A DNA stretch of 64,000 bases, taken from assembly GCF_009914755.1 (NCBI RefSeq), contig NC_060928.1; one strand, given 5' to 3'. The stretch comes from the human T2T-CHM13v2.0 reference genome, Homo sapiens. The translations under genes were made by a program, and so were the position numbers. Below the pieces are notes generated by a model that worked only from the letters and a program-made list of their open reading frames with translations, had not been told where the DNA came from and made no database searches. Below, in pieces: positions 1 to 16,539 of this stretch; within the stretch, counting starts at the first letter, position 1; every line of letters begins with the position of its first letter.

Positions 1-1046
<1,046 letters not shown>

Positions 1047-1582
1047 TGTGTTAGTCTGGGTTCTCCAGAGAAACAAAACCAGTAACAGATAGAAATATAT
1101 ATATCCATAGTTAGAAATGCATGCACAGATACAGATAAAAATATAAAGATATTTATTATAAGGAATTGGCTGATGAAGTTATAAAGGCTAAGAAGTCCCA
1201 AGATCTACAGTCAGCAAGCTGGAGACCCAGGAGAACCGATGGTATAGTTCCAGTCCAAGTTCAAAGGCCTGAGAACCAGGAGAGACAATAGTGTATGTTC
1301 CAGTCTGAGTCAAAGATGAACAGCAGAAGACCAATGTCCCAGTTCAAAGACAGGCAGGGAGAAAAAAATTTTCTGATTCAGTCTTTTGTTCTTTTCACGC
1401 CTTCAATGGACTGAGTGAGCCCCACCCACACTGGGGAAGGAATCTGTTTTGTCTACTGACTCAAGTGTTAATTTGATCCAGAAACATCCTCATAGACACA
1501 TTCAGAAGTAACGTTTAACCAAATATCTAGGCACTGGGCACCCCATGGCCCAGTCAAGTTAACACATAAAATTCACCATTAC
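1047..1582 (-). mobile_element. MLT2-type (ERVL) LTR
   Basis: Ends tgtgttagtctgggttctccagagaaac and cccagtcaagttaacacataaaattcaccattaca are characteristic of MLT2. Confidence 0.8.
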
Positions 1583-1824
1583 ACTAGGTCAGTCTTACCC
1601 CGACCTGCCTTCTTGTCCTTTCCTCACACGTGCTACACCAGCTTTGCCCTTTCATCCATTTTCACCAATAACCAATTTTTTTGTTTTACCCAATAATCAG
1701 GGACTTACTAGGAGACCCCTTAATTGCCCTAAAAATTACTACTAAGATATTGATGAGTGCAAATGACTTAACAATTACTTTTCCTATTTGCATTTCACCT
1801 GTACTTTACCTAAGGAAGAAAAAA

Positions 1825-2090
1825 AATTATTGTGGTAAAATACATATAACGTAAACTTACCATTTTAATAACTGTTAATTACCTTCACAATGTTCTACAA
1901 ACATCAGCACTATCTAGTTACAGAACATTTTTTATCACCCCAAAGGAAACCCTGTAAGCAGTCACTCTCCCTTTTCCCTCCCCTCAGCCCCTGGCAACCA
2001 TGAATCTGCTTTTTGTATCTATAGATTTGCCTATTTTGGAGAGTTCATATAAATATGTGACCTTTTGTATCTGACTTCCTTCACTTAGTA
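1825..2090 (-). mobile_element. Old L1M 3'-end fragment
   Basis: cagcccctggcaaccatgaatctgcttt...atagatttgcctattttgga. Confidence 0.75.
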
Positions 2091-3549
2091 AAGAATTTTA
2101 GCCTCCTTAGCTAGGGAAAGTGAAAAATGGAAAGGAGAATATTTTATGATATAAACATTTGGGAGTTATCTCTAAAACCTCACCAACTTTCTACATCACT
2201 GTTTTACCAAGATTTGGGAAACTCATCTGTTATTCATCTGCCTGGACGTTCTGCTGTGCGTTATTAACCCTTTCTGTGGAGGTCTGAGGCAGCCTGAACA
2301 CAGGCTGGCACTGGGCCAGGATGGAGAATGTGTGGACACTTCAGGAGGCTCATTCCACACCATCAAGAGGGCTTCCTTCCCTGAAAGCGACCTGGCAGGA
2401 CCATGCAGGTCATAAGGTCATACAGCCCTGAGGGGCACAAGGATGCTGATCCCAGACACTTCAGGCCTTAATAAAAATAAAAGCAAGCACATCTCTGGCA
2501 GCAGAGTAAATTATTCGTGGGATTTATTTTAAAAGAGAGACAGCTTTGTTGAAAAAAAAAATAGACACCACATCAATTCCAAAAATCATTTCCAGAAGAA
2601 AATGTCTAATCAAATGGGAAGTAGTGCATTCGTGGTTTGCACAGCATAGCTACCGAGTTTTTTAAAAGGGTCCCAGATTTGTTCAGATACTGGTTTCCAC
2701 AATATGGGTCATCTGAAAGGATGCATAGCTTTATTGGGAATATAGCACATGGATGGATGGTCAGAGACTACAAGTCTGCTGAAGTTTTGTGGGAAATGAG
2801 CAGTTTGGCAGCCCCCGAGTCTGGAGGGTCTGAGACTGGCATGCCAGAAAAGCTCCAGGTCCGTAACAGCCTCTTTAAAACCATGAAGCCCTTGGAGGCC
2901 CAGCTCAAGGGTTTCAGTATGTGTCACAGATTTCATTTGCTCAGGACTCTCACAGTTTTTATGTGGTTTAACGAAGTACCTAAGCAGAAGCTTTTTTTTT
3001 TCTTTTTGGCTTTGCCTTTTTCACCGATTTCCCTTTTTATTAATAACCAAACATAAATATATTACAAATATTTTTACCTTTTATTTCCATCTTGTTACTG
3101 TTTATGTATTTGCTAAGATCAAAGTCTGGATTCATCCTCTAACAAGTTCATGTTGTTTTCCTGCTTGTTTCAAAATATGGACCCCGCAGCCTTTATAATT
3201 CTATTCCATGATGACTGGCTTAAATTTAATCATATACACAAGCACTGCAGTAACTCGCTAAACAAATCCATGTGAGGATAAAAGGAACATCACAGGCCTG
3301 ATCTGGGCACAATGGCCTTTGTATTTTTCTCCTTTTGTTTTCAGAAGTTTCTGGAGCCTGTAACTGAACGCAGCAGACTCTAGTTAAAAATTCACCATGA
3401 TTCCTTTTTAAATAATAGCATTTGTCTTTTGATGAGGTCTCTCAGCTCAAAAGGATCCCTATTTCACATTATAAATAGTTACTGTCAAAAGACATGACTA
3501 TAAGACAATGACACTGGGTTTGAACAAATATACTTGAATTTATCCATAC

Positions 3550-3940
3550 AAATGAATGATGTCCCCATCAAAGTAGGCAGCAACATTCCAGCGATTTTCA
3601 AAACAGTTTTGAAACTCCAGTTAGGAACTTCCTTCCTTCACACACTACGGGAATTGCTTTGAATGTCAGGGTATTTTTTAAAAATATTTTTTTTCATCAG
3701 GGTAAGTTTCATTTTTGGAAACAACCAAGCCATTTAATAAGGCAGACGGTAACTGACTGGATAGAAGTGCTGTAGCCTACAATATAATGAGACTAGCTTT
3801 TACTTTGATTCCTTAATTAGCCCTAAAGGTAATTCCAAAAAAAGTTCCTAAAATGTTTAGTGCAATAGCAGTACAGTTGAAAGAAGTGTCTAGACTCCCA
3901 AAGCAACTTCTCTGAAAAGGAAGACATTCATTTGAACATA
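3550..3940. mobile_element. Ancient mariner-type DNA transposon remnant (MARNA-like)
   Basis: aattccaaaaaaagttcctaaaatgtttagtgcaatagcag...ctcccaaagcaacttctctgaa resembles MARNA. Confidence 0.5.
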
Positions 3941-4493
3941 CGGATGAATTTCTTAGAGAAAAATAGGCCATCCTTGCCTTGCTTGATTTTCTCAAAAACT
4001 CTATGTTATTGGTGCCTAGCTAAGGGAAGTTGACTATTTTCAGCTTCCTACAGTATCAAATTTTATTTAACAATTCATTTTTGAAGTGAATAGAAGCGCA
4101 AAACCTGAAATACCTTCATAGAACCATGCCTTAGTGACCTATTCCAAAACAGACTTAAAACATTCACAGGCGTATGCACAACTGATAAACATAAATATAC
4201 ATATGAATATATACTATACATAAGATAAATAATAAATTAAACATAAATGTAGTGATAAATAAATATGCATACGGATATTAATTAAATATACAAAATATTT
4301 AAATGCCAACTCTACCCACCTGAATTTTACTTTTAATTTCAGAGCCTTGATTCCAATGCTAATTTCATTAAGCATGTCTATAACTGGGTTGCAAGAATGG
4401 TATATGCTGAACGGTAAATGCTGTACAAATTAACTTAAACACGTTTTGCATTACATTCTCATAGAGGTATTTAATATGGGTAAACTGGTGTTT

Positions 4494-4513
4494 TGTGTGT
4501 GTGTGTGTGTGTG
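4494..4513. repeat. (TG)n microsatellite
   Basis: Seen directly. Confidence 0.9.
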
Positions 4514-6540
4514 TTCCAGTTAATGAAGAAAGGAGGAAGGAAAGTATCACACATTGAATACCTATTGTACGCCAAGGGCTGAACACGTTACTATTTAAAT
4601 GCTCTCAACATCTCCGAGCTAAATATTTTAATCCCCATTTACAGAAAAATAAAAATAAAAAACTAGGCTAGAGAATATAAACAGCAGAATGCTGGCATAC
4701 CATTGGCAAGTGGAGAAAATGCATTTAGAATTAGCTGATCAATGGGTGGAGAAAAAAGCCAAAGGCCACACCCATGTGTTTAGAAAATGAAATGAAAGTC
4801 TCTTCCCAGAGAGAATCTTTTTTTCCCCAAAAAACCTGATGCTATCATTTCCCTTAATTTTTCATTAACCTCAATAATTCTTTGCCATATTTTTCCAAAA
4901 ATGAAACAGGACTATTACCTCCCAATGTGGGAAAATAAAATGTTCTATGAATTTTTATCTTGTTATTTATACAACAAGCCTTTGGAAACCAGTTAAGTGC
5001 TTGAACCAGTTAAGTATTTGGGTGGGACATTTAAAAATAAATCAAGCTAAATAAAGAAGTGTTAAAGTTCATAGAGCAAAGAAAAAGTTATAATCCTTAG
5101 CTGAAAGATACTAGGAGACATAGCCATCTATGGGGGTTAAAGATTTAAATTTAAAAATAATAATAATAAAGAGAAGCTCCTTCAAATAAATGCAGGAGGA
5201 AATTGAGAATCAACATCAGGACAGCTCATTTGACCTTACGGATATATTTTACTGGTGACTTTCTGGTTTTCAAAACTGTTTCTGATTTTTTTAACTTGTT
5301 AATGGCTCCAATTTGCCAGCATATTTCCCAGTTCCCCTGTATTCCACTCAGTAAATCTTGTTCATTTTCAGCTTTTATTTTCTTGTTCAGTCCCTAATAA
5401 CGGACAATTTGTAAGGAAGCAAACTAAAACACTTGGATTAAATAATGCATTTTTTTTCATTATGCTGATGGGTTCATTTTCAAAACAAATGTAAGCTTCA
5501 TAATTTACTGATATTTCGTGATTTTTACCTTATTTCTGTGAGGATTTCTTTCTCGTGGACTTCTGTCTTTGCCATTGACAAAACTCCTAATAATACCACC
5601 CAAATCCTAAAAGGGGTTAAACTTCAAGTGACTGATGTTCTGAAAGTGACATGATCAAAAAATAGTCTCATCCAGAAATTTAGATTTGTGACTTAAGTTA
5701 TCAGAAGAGTTTCCAAAACTCCAAACAGCCTGCATTAATTCTGGCTTTTTTGGTTTTCTGTTAGTCTGCCTCTGTTTTTATACTAAAAGGGTATACAGAA
5801 ATTTGTGTGCATTGCTCATCCTGAGTTGAATTCCTATGAAGTAGAGCTGAGTACAGAAATGTCTTTCACTTCAAAGGGCATACTGTGGGGTGCAAAGAAA
5901 GGCAGGCTTGGGTCCTTCCAGCCAAACATTGCCCTCTGGCACTCATGCTCAACTCCCCAGGGATACAAGAGGGCAATCTCCGGCCCTTGTAGCTCTAGGT
6001 AACATTTCCCACAACCCCTGACTCATAAATATTGACATTTGGGAAAAATAAGACCAAAAAAGAAAAAAGGGCTTTTTCAAAACAAAAAAAAAACTGTTTT
6101 TAAGATGAAGTGTTTATATATTTTCTAAAGCCTGGTTTATACCTAAGCTATCACTATAATTTTTAAATAAAATATACCTCATCTTGGGATTTTAAAAAAA
6201 TAGTATTATCCATCAACCACTAGAGAATATAGGAAAGAAAACTTTCAGCACGGTTTTTATTTATTTATTTTATATTTTTCCATCCGGAAAATAACAGGAC
6301 TGAGTTGAAAGCAATTTTTTCTAAAAGTAGCAATAGCAACATTCTCAGATAAAATCTTTTTTGCTGAATATCAACGTTTAAATTATAGTGAATTTGAAGT
6401 TATTTATTTTCAGCAAAAGCTTTTCTTTTTCCTTTTAAATATTTGTCTCCACCCCTCTTTGCTTCAAAAAACAGAAATGATGTGACAACTGAGACCTTCG
6501 AGAATTCCTTAGACCCCAGCCTGTTTTCATTGTGGAACTA

Positions 6541-6556
6541 CAGCGCGACCTGGTGG
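6541..6556 (-). promoter_or_regulatory. Candidate CTCF site
   Basis: Minus strand reads CCACCAGGTCGCGCTG, one mismatch from the CCASYAGRKGGCR core; CpGs retained in AT-rich surroundings. Confidence 0.55.
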
Positions 6557-6736
6557 TAGTTGCTGTTTTTAGCATGGTTTATGAATAAATGGTCAAAGTT
6601 TCAAAACCAAAACAAAGGAAAGCCTTGTGTTTAGACTTTTAGAAAATATAGTATCAGGAAAGAAAACAGTGGGATGGCTCTCTTAGAATCATAATTACAG
6701 ATAGAACTTTTTTTAAGTTTTTTAACTATAATATAC

Positions 6737-7040
6737 TTTTTTTTCCCTTAGGGTGTCGCTCTGTTGCCCAGGCTGGAGTGCAGTGGCGTGATATGAGCTC
6801 ACACCGCAACCTCCGCTTTCTGGCTCAAGCCATCCTCCAGCCTCAGTTCCCGAGTAGCTGGGACCACAGGCACGAGGCACCACACCCACTTCTTTTTTAT
6901 TTTTTCTTTTGTATTTTTTTGTAGAGATAGGGTTTCACCATGTTGCCCAGGCTGGTCTCCAACTTCTGAACTCAAAGAGATCCGCCCACCTCGGCCTCCC
7001 AAAGACCTAGGATTACAGGCGTGAGCCACTGCGCCTGACC
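6737..7040 (-). mobile_element. Alu (J-like)
   Basis: Antisense Alu dimer. Confidence 0.95.
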
Positions 7041-7359
7041 AAATATATCTTTTAAGAATAAATAATCTAGTAAGGTTATTGATGAGTCATTATATCACCT
7101 GATACAATTTTTAACATTCATATATTTTCAGGAATATGAATTTTCAGTCATATTTCCTCTTTTTAACTACTTTTACAGTTCTCTAAACAATGCTTCAAAA
7201 ACATTAACAGAAAAAAATATTTAATCAGTGATACAAGAGAAGACTGTTTTATATGCTTTTCTTTGACAACTAGCAGCACATTGATGCAAGAGTTTATAGA
7301 CAAAATGGTGATTCATAGTAACTGTAATCTTCTCTGTGTTTATTGTACTTTACACCCAT

Positions 7360-7520
7360 CTTATCTAATCCTCTCAACCACCCTGTTAAATTCAGAATCA
7401 GTATCTCCATTCTACAGATTAGAAAACTGAGGCTTCAGGATATGAAATAACTTGTTCAAGGTCACTCCTCTGGTGAGTGACAGAATGGACTCAACCCTGG
7501 GCCTGCCTGCTCCAATGCCT
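7360..7520 (-). mobile_element. MIR
   Basis: Core ccattctacagattagaaaactgaggct. Confidence 0.75.
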
Positions 7521-7821
7521 AGGCATAGGGTCAGGCTGGTGATAGGCCCTTTTTAAAGATTGGCTGATTCAATGAGCAAATGCATCTACTGTGAGAATAT
7601 TAAAGGTAAGCCTGGACTGGATCCAAAGTCTTCTGACTTGATAACCAGTAAATCTTCCAGTAAAGTTTAGACATATTTTGAACTTTCTCTTGTTTCTGCC
7701 TGCAGTTGCACTCTCCTGAGCCTGCTAAGTCCCCACTATTTTCTACAAAAGAACAAAGAAAAAATACCAGGCGAGAGTGACCCATAGCCTGAGCCCCAGG
7801 CTGTTTTACCCACGAGGCCCT

Positions 7822-8580
<759 letters not shown>

Positions 8581-8892
8581 AATCAAAGCTAATCTTAAAT
8601 AAGTCACAGCTAAATCTTTTCAAAAACTAAAAAATTTTAAAATTCTTAAATTCTGTCAAAAAAATGCTTAAGCAATATATATATGTTTCCCTTGATTAGT
8701 GTGAGATATTCACTTTAATATGAATATTATGAATAATATGAATATTCACTTTAATATGAATAATATGAAGCAAGACTCCAAAAATAAGCATGGATCTAGG
8801 ACCTAGGGAGATGTTAAAACAACCTTGCCTGAGTCTCATGACAGTAATCAACAAATAATAGTATTATTTGCCCATAATAATAATTCAGTTTG

Positions 8893-9810
8893 TATGCATC
8901 TGACAAAGGACTAATATCCAGAATCTACAAGGAACTCAAACAAATCAGCAAGGAAAAAAAACAAACAAACAAATAATCCCATCAAAAAGTGGGCTAAGGA
9001 CATGAATAGACAATTCTCAAAAGAAGATATACAAATGGCCAACAAACATATGAAAAAAAAGTTCAATATCACTAATTATCAGGGAAATGCAAATCAAAAC
9101 AACAGTGAAATACCACCTTACTCCTGAAAGAATGGCCATAATTTAAAAATCAGAAAATAACAGATGTTGGTGTGGATGTGGTGAAAAGAGTGCATTTTAC
9201 ACTAGTGGTGGGAATGTAAACTAGTACAACCACTATGGAAAACAGTGTGGAGATTCCTTAAAGAACTAAAAATAGAACTACCAGTTGATCCAGCAATCCC
9301 CCTATTGGGTATCTGCCCAGAGGAAAAGAAGTCAATATAAGAAAAAGACACTTGCACACGCATGTCTCTAGCAGCACAGTTCGCAATTGCAAAGATATGA
9401 AACCAGCCTAAATGTCCATCAGCCAACAAGTGGATAAGGAAAATGTGGGATATATAACTACTCAGCCTCAAAAAGGAAAAAAATAATGGCATTCGCAGCA
9501 ACCTGGATGGAGTTGGAGACCATTATTCTAAATGAAGTAACTCAGGAATGGAAAACCAAACAGGAATGGAAAACTAAGCTATGAGGACGCAAAGGCATGA
9601 GAATGATATAATGGACTTTGGAGACTCAGGGGGAAGGTTGGGAGAGGGCCAATGGATAAAAAAGTACACATTGGGTACAGTGTACATTGCTCAGGTGACA
9701 GATGCACCAAAATCTCAGAAATCACCACTTAAGAACTTTTCCATGCAACCAAACACTACCTTTTCCCTCAAAACTATTGAAATATAATAGAAATAAAAGA
9801 ATAAAAAAAT
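8893..9810 (+). mobile_element. 5'-truncated L1 (L1PB-like) with a 20-bp target-site duplication
   Basis: ORF2 end plus 3' UTR; cataataataattcagtttg at 8873-8892 and 9811-9830. Confidence 0.9.
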
Positions 9811-10121
9811 CATAATAATAATTCAGTTTGACATGACAAACATTGAGCAGCTACTATGCTAGACACACTACTAGTGTTTTTAAAAATACATTTTAAAAGT
9901 GAATACTTCTTTGTCATTTGTGCAGCATTTATCATTTTCAAAGCAGTTCTACACACATCTTTCTTTCAAATCTAATTACAACTTCAAGGGGCAAGGCAGG
10001 GTCTGGAGACTTATTCATTAATTCTGCATTCCCACGATAAATCTCACTCTGGACCCATAGTAAGTACTCAATAAAAGAAGACAGTTTACTCCACCTTTAT
10101 CCCCCAAGCAAGCCCCTGAAT

Positions 10122-10326
10122 TAGGGCTGCCAGGTAGGATACAGAATGTTCAGTTAAATTTAAATTTCAGATAAACAATTTTTTACTCTAAGTATATCCC
10201 ATGAAAATGATTTTTAAATATCTATAATATGGGACACACACACATTTTTTTGAGTATTTGTTGTTAACCTAGATTTCAAATTTAACTGGGCATTCTGTGT
10301 TTTTGCTGGCTAAATTTGGCAATTCT
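10122..10326. mobile_element. MER53 palindromic hAT MITE
   Basis: cagttaaatttaaatttcagataaacaa ... ttgttaacctagatttcaaatttaactg inverted arms. Confidence 0.8.
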
Positions 10327-10329
10327 TTC

Positions 10330-10714
10330 CTGAATTTCTCTGCCCAGGAGCTCCCTCTGCTGCAGGAACTCAACGATAGGGAGGAAGAGTCCAGAAAAGT
10401 AGGGCTGTCAGCACCTCTGTGAGCAGCCGACGATCCACAGCGGATGGAGTTTGGTGGTAAAGGTACTCACTTCCTGTCTCTCTGGTGATGATTTTGAGCA
10501 TGTTCTACAAAGTCTTTCAGATGGTCCCAGTAGGTTGGAGCCCAGCTGCCCTCAGTGGTAACCTGCCCATTAACGTATCCTGTGTTGGTTTCCTTTCCTC
10601 CCCTACCTCACCTCCCCACTCCCCTTTCTATGATTCCTAGAGTCACCTCCCAAATAAACTTTCACATTTACATTATTGTCTCATGGTCTCTTCTGAGGGA
10701 ACTCAAACTAAAAC
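10330..10714 (+). mobile_element. LTR16-like ERVL LTR
   Basis: cacctcccaaataaact...gggaactcaaactaaaaca 3' end. Confidence 0.65.
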
Positions 10715-11016
10715 AAAATGCTTATTGAATTAAATCCTCAGTTGCAGATGAGAGGTTCAGGGACCATGCCAGATGCTGAAGGCACCAAGATGGATAGTGA
10801 TGAGCCTTCTCATTCAGCCCTTACTCAGCACTGCCTCTGGCTACCAAGCACTGTGCTCCTATCATGTACCAGCCCCTGGGACTCTCCGTTTACATGCATC
10901 TTGGCTAACCCTTTCCACCACCCTGCCCAGTAGCTATCATTATGCTCAAATTGCAAACGGGGAAATTGATGCTCAGAGGGTTTTCCAAAGTCACACAGTC
11001 ATAGAAATGCCATCTT

Positions 11017-11710
<694 letters not shown>

Positions 11711-12074
11711 TTAAAAGTGAGTTGAGAATACACAACACTTATACATGAAAAAATAACTCATGACACAAGAGAGTAAGGGAAATGTGTGACAGGCAGCTCA
11801 GAGAAGAATCCCTATGGAGTTCAGAAGAGAGATAAGGGTCAACTGGGAATATTAGAGAAATCTCATGGGTGGCTGGACTTAGGCTGAGCCGGAGTGAATG
11901 AGTTAGATTCAAATGGGAGACTCAGGGAAAGGAGAGAGTTGTGAGTGAGAAGGATGAGTAGGCACCGTGCAGAAGCAGCACTGGGCATGTTTACTGTGAC
12001 TGTAAACAGAAAGATGGCCTGAGGACAGGATAGCAGGAACCAGGCCATATTATAGAGGCCTGGGGATGCCAAGA

Positions 12075-12493
12075 GCTATGGTTTGAATATGTGTCCCCTC
12101 CAAAACTCATATTGAAATTTAATCCATTGTGGCAGGATTGAGAGGTGGGGCCTTAGGGAGGTGATTAGATCATGAGGGCTCCATCCTTATCAAGGAATTA
12201 ATCCGTTCATGGATTAAGGGGTGAATGGAGTAATGGGTTATCACAGGAGTGGACTCCTGACTTTATAAGAAGAGAAAGACCTGAGCTAGCACATTCAGCC
12301 CCTTGCCAAGTAATGCCCTGCACCACCTTGAGACTCTGCAGAGAGTCTTCATCAGCAAGAAGGCCCTCACCATATGCAGTCCCTTGACCCTGAACTTCTG
12401 AGCTTCTATAACTGTAAGAAATACGTTCTTTTTCTTTATAAATTATTCAGTTTCAGTTATTCTGTTATAAACATAAGATTATTGATTAAGACA
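12075..12493 (+). mobile_element. MST-type MaLR solo LTR
   Basis: gctatggtttgaat...ccaaaactcatattgaaatttaat...gattaagaca. Confidence 0.8.
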
Positions 12494-13049
12494 CCAGGTA
12501 AAAAATATGGAGTTCATCTGAATATATATGTGGAGCAAATGCAGGCTGTGAAAGTAGAAAATTGACATGATCAGAATAAGATTTTATCAGATTCATCCGG
12601 CAGTAGAGGGCAGGATTGCTTGAAGTAAAGAGAATAGTTAGTAGACTCCTGACAGGCTATGCCTATGGTAATAAAGATCTAACCCAGAATAATGAACAGG
12701 AAGGTGTAAACTACATTACAAAGCAAGAGTTGTCAAATCTGAGTCACTGATGGGTCAGAGAGGAGAAAGAATAAAGAAAGCTCCTTTACTGTACCTGGAT
12801 AATGGGGAAAATGGAAACATGAACAAGAAACTAGAAAGTTGTACATAAGAAAATGACTAAAATAACTCAATATATCATCATTTCCCTAAAAATTATACAT
12901 TGGGAAGATTTTTCTGAATGATGTGGAATTATGGATGTGTTCCCCCTTGGTGGACAAAAGTAACTCAAACCTTTCGGTGAGGAGCTATCTCTCCTCCACT
13001 CTCCTCAGCCCTCTCCATGACCTTATAGAACTAAAGCCAATAGTTACTG

Positions 13050-14175
13050 AGTGTAGAAGATATCTGCTGTTTCTGCCTGCTAAACATCCCCTCCCCCTGC
13101 ACCTGGAAACACCATTTGTATTTCTTGTAGAGATTGCATTCCATGCAGCACAGGTGCAGTTGGACCCATTCTACCCCGCCCCCATCAATCTCCTCCTACC
13201 CCTTGTCCAGCTACAAAAAAGGGCACATAGCCCAGACCTGGCCAATTTGTTTACCCCATGCCATGTGCATAGCACAGTGATTCAGAAAGAGGTATGTGGC
13301 TGGAGCCAAGCCAATCACTATCCATGAAATTATTCTAGAGAAGTAACAGGAAGCACTTCTTTCTGCAACAATTAAAGTCCATATTAGGAGGTAGGAGCTC
13401 AAAATTAACACTGAAAGATTACAGAATGAGATGCAGACTAGGAAAGGGCCTGGCTAAAACTGGAGAAGAGAAACTCTCTCAGGCCTGCCTCTCTGTAGAC
13501 CAGTCTGTTCCACTGTAGGAAACCTAACTGCTGACAATCCCCAATTTGTTGTCGGTGTCAGGGAAATCTGAGACAACACGTGTACCCAGCCACACTATGA
13601 ACCCCTAGACCCAGCCACATCTGAACTTGGCTGAGCTTCTGAACTTTCCAACTACGTCAACAAATTTTTTTTCTTTAAGGAAATAAAATTAAATTTGGAT
13701 CACTTGCTACCAAAAAAAAATGTTTAATGTAGCTAGCTTTACTAGCTTGTTATCAAAATGTGTTCTGCTTGTGCCCACAGCTCAATCTTAAAAATCACAT
13801 TCCTGAAGTTCTTCCTTCCTTGACCACCCCAAGTATGTTACTCCTCCCCTCTCTCTGCCTTCCATGCCTAGTTTGTTTGCAGTTACCTTGAGGAACTTGT
13901 AAAAGGTTGCTCTAGTTGCACACCCTCCTATGTGAGGCCAATAACAAAGGAAGATCTCCAAAACACCTTCCAAAAAAGCAAAGCCACAAATGGCCAAGCC
14001 CAGATGACAATCACAGTCCCAGCTAATATCTTTATTGCATCCGAGTAAATACCTGGCAGAGAAGCCAGCCATGCCGTGCCCCAACATCTGACCTACAGAA
14101 ACTGTTAGATAATAAATATGGGTTACTTTAATCCATTAAGTTTCTGGTAATTTGTGACTTAGCAATAGAAAACTT
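13050..14175 (+). mobile_element. Degenerate MLT1-type LTR fragments
   Basis: MLT1-like 3' ends near 13710 (cacttgctaccaaaa) and 14170 (ggtaatttgtgacttagcaatagaaaact). Confidence 0.5.
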
Positions 14176-14876
14176 ATAGAGGACAGATGCAACAACTTGT
14201 CCCTCACCTCGGAAGGGATATTTTCACACGCCCAAAATGAGTAGGCCCTTAGAAAATTGGAATGGAGACAAATTGGCAGATTCCAGTGAAGTTGGGGACC
14301 TGAACCTCTAAATTTGGTTGAGCCTTCTTTGTCAAGAGAAGCAGCTCTTCCAACTGTGTTTAAGGAAGTTAGTACACCTTGGTCTGAAGAACTTTCCTGG
14401 TATACTGCGGAGGAAGGTATCAAGCCTTAGGAAGATTGGACTTGGAGCTCCATCCTCAAACACAAATACAAAAGCCTTTAAAGAGACTATTGAACCAGCT
14501 ATTCCAAACACATCAGGTTAAATAACTGTTAAAATAAAATAAAACAAAATAAAAAATGGTGTGAGTGTGTGTGTGCGCGTGAGCGTGCATGCACATGCAC
14601 ACATTTCCTGGTGATTCTGCTTCTCTGGCTCAATCTATAGTGGTAAAGTTGAGGACATTGTCACTAATCCATGTTCAAAGTGCATCCACCTTACCCCAAG
14701 GCTTGATGTTCTCATAATGTACCTTCCTTAAAGTGTCATTTTCTACCTGCCTGGGAAAGGCACAAGTCACATCTATCTTTCTCAATTTGGTTCAAGAATT
14801 TCAGGACATATTAGGCAATTTTAATAAAATCACTATGAGTTATCATCAATCTGTCCTTTATATATACAAAGAATGT

Positions 14877-15335
<459 letters not shown>

Positions 15336-15494
15336 AGATTATTATCACTATTATTATTATATATTTTCTCAAAGTGTTGCCTTGATGTTTCCCTTTATTT
15401 TGTGTCCTTTTGTTTAAGAATGCAAAATATCTAAGATTGCAAAATATCTAAGATTGCTATCATTTCGGCTTGTGAAAGAAACACAAACTAGCTA

Positions 15495-16088
15495 TAGCAG
15501 TTAGGGTTAAATCAGAGAAGCAAAGCCACTAGATTATTATGGGAATAAAAGATTTATTATAGGAATTTAGATCTCACACAAATGTGAGAGCAGCTGAGAA
15601 AGTGAAAGTCAGAGAATTTAAGAAAGAGTCATAAATGAATCCTCTGAAAGCACTGGCATGAGTAGGTAAACTGGAGCTTTCAGGGAAATCTGCGACACCA
15701 GATATACCCAGCCACTTTAGTGAGATTGCAAAGCGGGAGCTCTCAGAGAGGTCTACGGGAAGATGTTCCCTCTGTGTAGCTACCACCTCTATGGGTTTGC
15801 AGCCAAGCATCTGGGTAAGGGGGAGGAGGGAGTAGGTCTGCTTTTGGTGAGTTGGGCTGGCAATCAGGAAGCCGAGCTGGACAGTGTGGAGGAGAGGAAG
15901 AACAAGTGTGGACCCAGACACCTCTGTGTCTATCTATCTGACCATGAGACCTTCCAAGAATAATGGTCGTTGCTTCTTTTCCACCTTCCAAATCTCGTGC
16001 ATCTTCCTCTATGGCCAACTCTAACCCAGAACCATGCATGGAATGTAATTCCCAGCTTAACCCACCTACCATGGTGTAATCCAGCACA
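15495..16088 (-). mobile_element. ERVL LTR (LTR41/LTR52-like) nested in an antisense MLT1 remnant that extends to ~16530
   Basis: gttagggttaaatcagagaagc...tggccaactctaacccagaaccat. Confidence 0.55.
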
Positions 16089-16539
16089 ATGACTAAGCAA
16101 AAGATGAATTTGTTATTAGAGTCCTGGGGCTCCTCACAGAACTGAGGACAGGAATGAGATTGGATCTCAAATTAGCTGGAAACAGGAGTTCAGATGCCAT
16201 TAAGCTCTCTGGGTATCTTGCCTCTCTTGCTGCTCTCAAGTTACCTGCTTGTTTACCTGCCTCCCTTTAGACCGGCCTGTTCCACGGCAGGAAATCTAAC
16301 TGCTGACAACCCCTAAGCATGATTCCCTGCAGCTTCTTCAGACATGTCAAGGGAAGAGAGACTCTCAGCTCTGTCTCTTCATGCCCAGTCCAATAAATTC
16401 TGAGAAGGGACTCATTGGCCAGAGGACTGGGTCACATGGTATCACGGCTGCTCCTGCTGTGCCATGTGGATAGGGAAGGGGAGAACAGTTTTCAGAAGAA
16501 AGTAAATGTGGAGCAAAGCAGCTCCATAGGCATCCACTG

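Noticed and set aside
2637-3056. 139-aa + strand ORF in non-Alu sequence
   Set aside because: Non-ATG start, no recognisable domain or splice context; consistent with chance.
8706-8770. AT-rich repeats (atattcactttaatatgaa x2); similar short duplications at 4988-5017 and 15421-15457
   Set aside because: Ordinary slippage duplications with no functional context.
12923-13327. 134-aa + strand ORF
   Set aside because: Non-ATG start, overlaps a degenerate LTR, no recognisable homology.
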